From assembly GCF_009914755.1 (NCBI RefSeq), contig NC_060945.1: 64,000 nt of DNA; one strand, written 5' to 3'. Both the position numbers and the translations under genes were made by a program. Position 1 is the stretch's first letter. Every line of letters starts with the position of its first letter. Origin of the DNA: the human T2T-CHM13v2.0 reference genome, Homo sapiens. Below are positions 56,418 through 64,000 of this stretch, piece after piece. A model generated the notes under the pieces. It worked only from the letters and a program-made list of their open reading frames with translations, ran no database searches and was not told where the DNA came from.

Positions 56418-56593
56418 CTTTGGAGAAAATACCACATAGTAGCCAGTGCCCTTGGCTCTGCAGGTCAGCTTGCACACATCCGCTGGCAGGACACCTGCAT
56501 ATTTGGGAACCCATTCCACAAAAGTTTTGACTCCTTTTGCATCAGACTGATAGCCATTTTTGGCCTCACACTGTTCATGACGAAATGATTTAC
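56418..56593 (-). CDS. ADAMTS5: ADAMTS5 coding exon (exon 6, 176 bp): cysteine-rich domain
   Basis: Not in the ORF track; manual translation gives GKSFRHEQCEAKNGYQSDAKGVKTFVEWVPKYAGVLPADVCKLTCRAKGTGYYVVFSPK. ttctag acceptor, GTAACT donor. Phase 1 in, phase 0 out. Confidence 0.96.
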
Positions 56594-56825
56594 CTAGAAA
56601 ACAAACATGTTTCAGTATTACCTTATCAGTTCTGAAACTTAGATATATTCTTGTGGGTTTAAATAGTTAATTTTAAGGGGAAGATGCAAACGTGTTTTTT
56701 TTATCCCACAGTCTCTTTACTCACCAATGCTGATGGATTTTATCTATACATAGAGTTCAAAATGGTGATTATTTATTCCAATTCTCTGAATATTGCTTAT
56801 AATAAAACTTAAAAATCACATATGT

Positions 56826-57133
56826 GGCTGGGCGTGGTGCCTCATGCCTGTAATCCCAGCACTTTAGGGGGCCGAGGAGGGTGGATCACAAGGTCAGGAG
56901 TGTGAGACCAGTCTGGCCAACATAGTGAAACCGCGTCTCTACTAAAAATAAAAAATAAAGAAAAAATAACCAAGTGTGGTGGTGTGCACCTGTAATCCCG
57001 GCTACTCAGGAAGCTGAGGCAGGAGAATCATGTGAACCCAGGAGGTGGAGATTGCAGTGAGCCAAGATTGTGCCATTGCACTCCAGCCTGGACAACAGTG
57101 TGAGACTCCATCTCAAAAAAAAAAACAAACAAA
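56826..57133 (+). mobile_element. Full-length Alu in intron 5
   Basis: ggctgggcgtggtg...actccatctc plus A-rich tail. Confidence 0.96.
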
Positions 57134-57280
57134 CACATAGGTGTTTGTTATTGATCTGCATATTGGTGGAACTGTGCAGTATAAGATTAATATTATTTCC
57201 CCAGCTTCCCTTATTCATTATTGCTAGAATACAAATGACATGTAGCATATGATGGTTGCTGACACTTGGGAGCAGCGTAC

Positions 57281-57464
57281 CATTGGGTGGGCAGGGCATG
57301 AGACTGCAGGAGCGGTAGATGGCCCTCTTCCCTGTGCAGTAGCGTCCGTTGTTTCTGGGAGCAGGGTTATTACAGTGACGATAGGCAAACTGCACTCCTC
57401 CTCCACATGAGCGAGAACACTGGCCCCAGGATCCCCAAGATCCCCAGTTGCCATGGCTTGACGT
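57281..57464 (-). CDS. ADAMTS5: ADAMTS5 coding exon (exon 5, 184 bp): central thrombospondin type-1 repeat
   Basis: [61 protein letters not shown], with WxxWxxW and CSRSCG motifs. tttcag acceptor, GTACGC donor. Phase 0 in, phase 1 out. Confidence 0.97.
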
Positions 57465-58885
57465 CTGAAATAGAGAATAGAATATATTTTAACTCCAATG
57501 AGAGAAAAACATTGAAAGTGTGCATTTGGAAATCACCTGCATTTAATGACAAAGTGGAAACTTTGTCACAGATACAGTTATATTTTCACTGAATTTAACA
57601 TGATCATGCTTTGGAAATGCAACACATTTCCAGTGCTAAGCAATTCATCTTTTCCACCCTCCCAACTCCAGCACTAGAAGATCTGAAAGCATCATCCTAA
57701 GTACTGAGCACACCACAAAGATTATCACCTTTTGGTTTCTACGGACCGTTGTAAATTATGTCTTCTAATATGGTCCATCTCTGTTAATATCACTGAACCA
57801 TGGTAACTTTTTGTCCACTCTGATGTTGGATCTTTATTGAAACGTATAATGCTGAAGGATCTGCATGGCACTGGGCATTATTTAATTGTGTTTGCATCTC
57901 TTCAGCAGTAAAACTCTGCAGTCCCTTTGTTGACATCCCACATCCTGTCTGTGACTGACTCCATGACGTTCATAAATGTACCGGACCCAACTTGGCTTAA
58001 TTCCTAATTAGATGTGACAGATACTGAAATGCACTCACGCCATACATGCAGACACACCCCTTAGGGAAGGAAGAGCCCTTTTATGGCAACCTAAGTCTGT
58101 TTCTCTGGAAACATTCCTGGAGGGAGCTTAGAGATTCTGAAAGGAAGAATATGATCAGCTGCTTTGCTGAGGGAATCTGTGAATTGCCTCTGGCTGACTG
58201 TGTCAGGTTATCTGATGATGAATGGTTGGGTGATGCCCTGGAAAGATACAGGCAATGGGCACAGGATAATTCTCTTCTAGGGACTTTGCAAATCTTGTGG
58301 GTTGAGAGCGAGCACTTATTTTACTTAGGCCTCGAAAATTAATAGGGCAGTTGCTGACCTGAAGCTGGACTGTGTATATAGTGGCAGACGTGTTTCCCCG
58401 GAGCAGTCATAAGTTACTTTAGCTCCTAAATTTAGATTAACTTATTGTCAAGGGGAAAAAAGTGACCATTTGGAGCTCACCAAATATGTACAAGCACCAC
58501 ATGTATCGGCTCTGCTATTACCTCCTTACTGAATTTAAATACTTATATTCTGATAACTTTAGCAAGAGAAGCTTGAAAGTAAACTTCCCAAAAGCAATTA
58601 ATAGGGTCCTACCTGAGGTCTCAATTAGACAGAATCTGAGTTACATAAGTATTTGTTAAAAGATGTAAACTGCAAGTAAATTCCCAGTATCTGCATTTTC
58701 CCCAGTAAATCTCGGATCACTGAGAATGGCTACTGCGGGTAAAAGAAGAAGCTCTAAATAAACCTCAAAATGAAAAGTTTTTAAATTAGAAAATAAAGCC
58801 TTCTGAGAACAGTGCCCATACCCATCACAAGAATGCACTTCACTTCTTGGGCCTCCAGGCATTGACTGATGAGAAAATCACTTAC

Positions 58886-59169
58886 TGAATAATATTTTTT
58901 CTTGGTTTTGTCCACACATTTGCCCTGCAGGCAGATTCTCCCCTTTCCACAAGGCGTCCCTTCCACCGCAGGCAGCTTCTTGGTCAGACAGACCATCTGG
59001 CCCTGGCGTACCACAGCACACCACAGGCGAGCACAGACATCCATGCCGGGACACACGGAGTACTCAGGCCCGAATGTCAGGTTGCACTGCTGGGTGGCAT
59101 CGTAGGTCTGTCCTGGGAGTTCTTCGGGGCCCAGGATCTGCTTTCGTGGTAGGTCCAGCAAACAGTTAC
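58886..59169 (-). CDS. ADAMTS5: ADAMTS5 coding exon (exon 4, 284 bp): end of metalloprotease domain and disintegrin-like domain
   Basis: Translates GNCLLDLPRKQILGPEELPGQTYDATQQC...GKCVDKTKKKYYS. Acceptor ttgtag before 59169, donor GTAAGT after 58886. Phase 1 in, phase 0 out. Confidence 0.97.
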
Positions 59170-60329
59170 CTACAAGAATAACTGAGATTGACCACGGCTC
59201 TGTGTTTAGGTTTCAAACCGCTAAAATCATGGATCTAAAAATGAAATGCCCCGGCTGGTGTTGGAGCACGAGGTACCCATGAATCTGTAGTGTAATGCTC
59301 TGGAGAGGGACTCCATGGGGACAAGGCTGGGAGCCCCCTTGGACGCACCAGACCCTCCAGGGTTCTCAGGAGTGATGCGCTCCGGAGTGTCTGTAACAAC
59401 AGAGGTGAGGTTGGCAGGGGTGTGATGGAATAAAATGATTCTGTAATGATTAGTTGTGAAAATAGCCCTTGTGCTAAGGCACTAAACAAAATTGGGATGG
59501 ACCTAGAGAAAATCAGATGGTGAATTTTAATAATAATAATAATAATGATAATGAAGCATTTACTCTACCACTTTGAGAAACAGAGTTTGTCCTTGGCACT
59601 CTATCTGTATAACCCATTACCCATTTCTAACTCACCCCTTCCCCATGTGCCTATCACATGTCTCCTTTCCACTAATTCCATAAATAATAGCCAAGCTGGC
59701 TCCTCATTCATTCTTACAGTCACTCGACAAGCATTTGTTCAGCACCTACAATGTTCTAGAAAACACACTAGGTATCTGAAATACAGAAAAATGACCCAGA
59801 TCTACCTTTGAAGGCCTTCCAATAAAGTCACAGAGATAAAGTATTTCTCTCAGACTGATATAATTTTAATAAAAAGTTTTCAAGATTCACAGAACAAAGG
59901 AGCAGTGAAAAAAGAAAAAATAGTCTTTGATAATTTAGGATTAAGTTAGTCTTTATACTCTTTGCTTTATGTCTATTTAATGGAATTGGTGTTTGTTGAG
60001 TATTTGGATCTATCTGCCGAAACAAGGTAGGCATCTCATTGCATCATATATGAGGGTGTACAGGCAGAGGGGTGAGATGGGGAATCCACAAAAGCTGGAA
60101 CATGGACGATGAGAATCCAAAACCTTAAATTTGCTTCCTCTTCCTCTCCTTCCCCTCCCCGCAAAAGCTTCCCTAAGAATCCCTGTCCGGTGAGTTAACA
60201 TCATTAATTTTCTTTTGTCACCCACATATGCATGCATATTGCCCATCTGTTTCTGTATTTTTCTGTTTACTTTATTTTAGGATTTACACAATTATTATAA
60301 TAGCAATAAAATAACAAATATTTGTTACA

Positions 60330-60505
60330 CACACTATTCTCCATTCTTTACATATATGAGCTCATTTAATCCTCACCACAACCCCATCAGGCAGATTCTA
60401 GTGCATATTTTATTTATCCTACAGATAAGGAAACTGAGGCCCATAGGAGGCAGACCAGTTACCCAAGGTCACACAGCTGTTATGGTTTCATGCTCAGAGC
60501 CTGCC
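60330..60505 (-). mobile_element. MIR
   Basis: ctcatttaatcctcaccacaaccc...acagataaggaaactgaggc...cccaaggtcacacagct. Confidence 0.85.
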
Positions 60506-62381
60506 CTTTTCTTCTGATGCCATATGGCTTCTGTTAGCATGTGAGTAGCTGCCTGATTGTATTGCTGAAGGGCAGCCATGTGTAAGGATCCTTTAAGTGG
60601 TAGATATTGAGCTTAATGGAAGAAACACCCAGTCTGAAGTCTTACTCTGGTGAAATACTAAATGGTTGAGTGCTCCTGGCTAAGTTAGCTAACCTCTCCC
60701 TAATTTATTTTCAAGATCTGCATAATGCTTCTCTTCTCACTGTGATACTGTAAATGTGAAATTAGCTAACAAAGATCTTAAGGGTGACCAGAAAAATACA
60801 AAGCAATGGTAGTTGTATCCCAGTATATTTAACAGCCTTTTAGATGTACTACAGTTATTCTTTTTATTCAACAAAAAAGTCATATTCAAATCCTTATGTG
60901 CCACTGAGAAATAGAATATTCAGCATATTTTAAGTATACTGTAAATTTTTAAGGACTACATTCAAATTTCTTCAAAGTGAATACCTTAGAATTTGTCAAT
61001 CTGTGTTGGGGGCATTATATAAAAATGAATAAAGAGCAAAGTTCCTATTTAACTTCTGAGCCAGAACGTTTGAAGAGGTAAAGCTTCTTAAGGCAAGCCA
61101 GAAAAAGCATTAAAAATAAGAATCCAGCCAAAGAGAACTTTGGGAGAAAAACACCAAGTTAAAAGAAAAACACGAACATCAAGCCGATAGGAAAGAATGA
61201 TAGTAAAAGCTCACTAAGCTTTGTTTATAAGACAGAGTGCGATTAGGGCTTCAGAACTCCACGAAAAACATTATCTTCATTGCAGAATCAAAAAAGAAGT
61301 ACTGTGTAAACTAGGGGATGCTTGGCAGATTGCTGATGTTAGAAGACTGTCAACAAATCTCTGAGTCTGCAATAATGTTTTCCAGTTCTTCAAAAGTGCT
61401 GTTTTAAGAAAGTTTTTAAAAAAAATTTTACTAAAAAGCACAGACCATAAGACTGGGTAACTAAATATTAGCTAGGAAGTCTTTACCATGTGTGCATGCA
61501 CATGGCATGGATCTATCTCATTTTTCTGGAGTCAAAATAACTCACCACCTGACTATGCATACACAGTCACTGACACCTGTTCTACCTCACTAGTAGATGA
61601 CAAGTGAAAAAGAAACGTGTAATGCAAACAATTTGAAATCGGCTTCCAACAAGGAGACTTCAAGATGTGGCATCTCTTTAAAAAGCTTAACTTAGAACTG
61701 TAAGTTTTAAAAATAAATAACACATTAGCTTTCTATTCAAAATAAGATATATCAGCTCTATAATTTTCCCTTAGAGGTCATACATGTGGAGATGATCTTC
61801 TCTTGCTTAAAATAAAATAATTTATTTCAGAATTGCAATTAATGTGTTATGCCAATGTTCTCAGTACTAGGATTTGTAGCTGCATCAATTTCTGTTTATG
61901 CCAAAGCATATATAATTTAATTTTTACATTGAATTATGTCCTTTTGCAACAAAATAGGTACAAGCATCTCTACCAAATGGCAGAATGGTGCCAAGAAACA
62001 GTAACAAAAATCAATACAGAGCCTAAGTCTGAAACTCACAGTATAAAATGTTTAAAATCTAAGTAATAACAGATTGGATATACATTTTATATGTTTAAGA
62101 AATGTATACAGTTTGGGGAAGGAGTAAAAGGGGAAACTGATCAACCTTTCAGTATCATTTCTAGTGAGCTCTAGAGGCATCCAACCTAGTGCTGATTTTT
62201 TTCTTAATCTGTTTTAATTTTATTCTCAACCACTTCTTCACATCTACTTCACATATTTTCTAATTCATCGTAGTCTGAAATTTGATCTGGATCTTCCTGG
62301 GAACACTTTGACCCTTCCCTCCTTCTTCCTTTTGTTTTAACATTGTATATTTATAAATGGATAGACTATAAAATAAAGTCA

Positions 62382-62735
<354 letters not shown>

Positions 62736-62936
62736 TCATGTTAAACTAAATGCTTAAAATAAGGCAAAAAAATAAAAAGTAAAATGTTGTGATTTGAGGC
62801 GAACCAGTAAGAAAATGTGTTGGCAGAATTCCACTAAAGGTGTTTGAAGGAATGCCACGCCTCCAGGAAATGGAACAGAAAAATCTCTAGTTTCATATGT
62901 CTGACTTATAGCACTATTTGTCTCTCATATTAATGA

Positions 62937-63253
<317 letters not shown>

Positions 63254-64000
63254 CTCAAAGTTGTTGTTCTTTATTGTTTTCAAATTTTTCTTCCCTATTT
63301 CTAGCACTAACATTATTTCCATCTTCTCTTCCTTTTCAATATGCAGGTATGAAATTAAGCATGACCCAAATATTCATGATGCAGGAGAAATCAATTAATG
63401 TTCCTAATCAAACTCATCCGAAGAAGCCTAACACCACTGCTTACAATCTCCCTTTGCTTCCACTCTTCATCTCACTGCCCTTGCCCCTCAGCTTTTAGGT
63501 CTTTACTTGAATGTCTAATGTTAAAAGAAAAATGGGTGCATTTGCCTGCTCTTTGATCACTCATTCTGGGCCCAGTGATATAAGAATGAACAAGAGCACT
63601 TCAAAAAACCAGACAATTGTTGTCAAAAAGCAATTCAAGGGGTCTGGGTATGAAGCTGTTAGATGCATTAGGTATACTGTTGAGCAGATGTAATGGCAAG
63701 GAAATTAAATTAAAGATTCCCTGTGATAGAGGATAAAGGAAAGTTTTTAAAAATATAAGTCACCGTGGCCTTAAACTATATGTCTTATTTTCACACTCTA
63801 TTAAAGAGCATATTTAGTATGAAAATCAAGATACAACCATAGTGTTGGCTTTGAATTTTATTAATGCCACCTTAAAAACTGATGTTAAGCTCTCCTGGCT
63901 AGCTTTAGTCTATATACTTAACAAAAGATTCAGAGAACTGGTTTTCCAATATCATTTTATGTGCAAAGTTCTGTGTTCAGTAAGTGGCTGTAAACTTAGC

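Noticed and set aside
56145-56588. 147-aa + strand ORF
   Set aside because: Antisense shadow of exon 6 plus intron, non-ATG start, no recognisable domain.

Overview
Human (or great-ape) genomic DNA. The right third holds the 3' half of ADAMTS5 (aggrecanase-2) on the minus strand: five coding exons (59169-58886, 57464-57281, 56593-56418, 54474-54299, 49037-48470) with GT-AG boundaries and consistent phases. They correspond to exons 4-8 of the known gene. A ~6.1 kb 3'UTR follows, ending near an AATAAA at 42357-42352. The left ~42 kb is AT-rich intergenic DNA (from recall, the chr21q21 interval toward ADAMTS1). It is dominated by Alu, L1, L2, MIR, MaLR/ERVL/ERV1 solo LTRs and hAT MER elements. 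I see no evidence for a new protein-coding system; the short ORFs are repeat-derived or chance. The most notable structures are a ~590 bp local duplication whose second half is inverted, a twin-primed L1PA with a ~1.5 kb internal gap, a tailless U2 retrocopy with target-site microhomology, a trimeric Alu with a 5' poly(T), and inverted Alu pairs around ADAMTS5 exons (exons 4+5 could form a stop-less circular ORF). There are also candidate regulatory elements. Repeat subfamily names come from recall of consensus sequences, not from a search.
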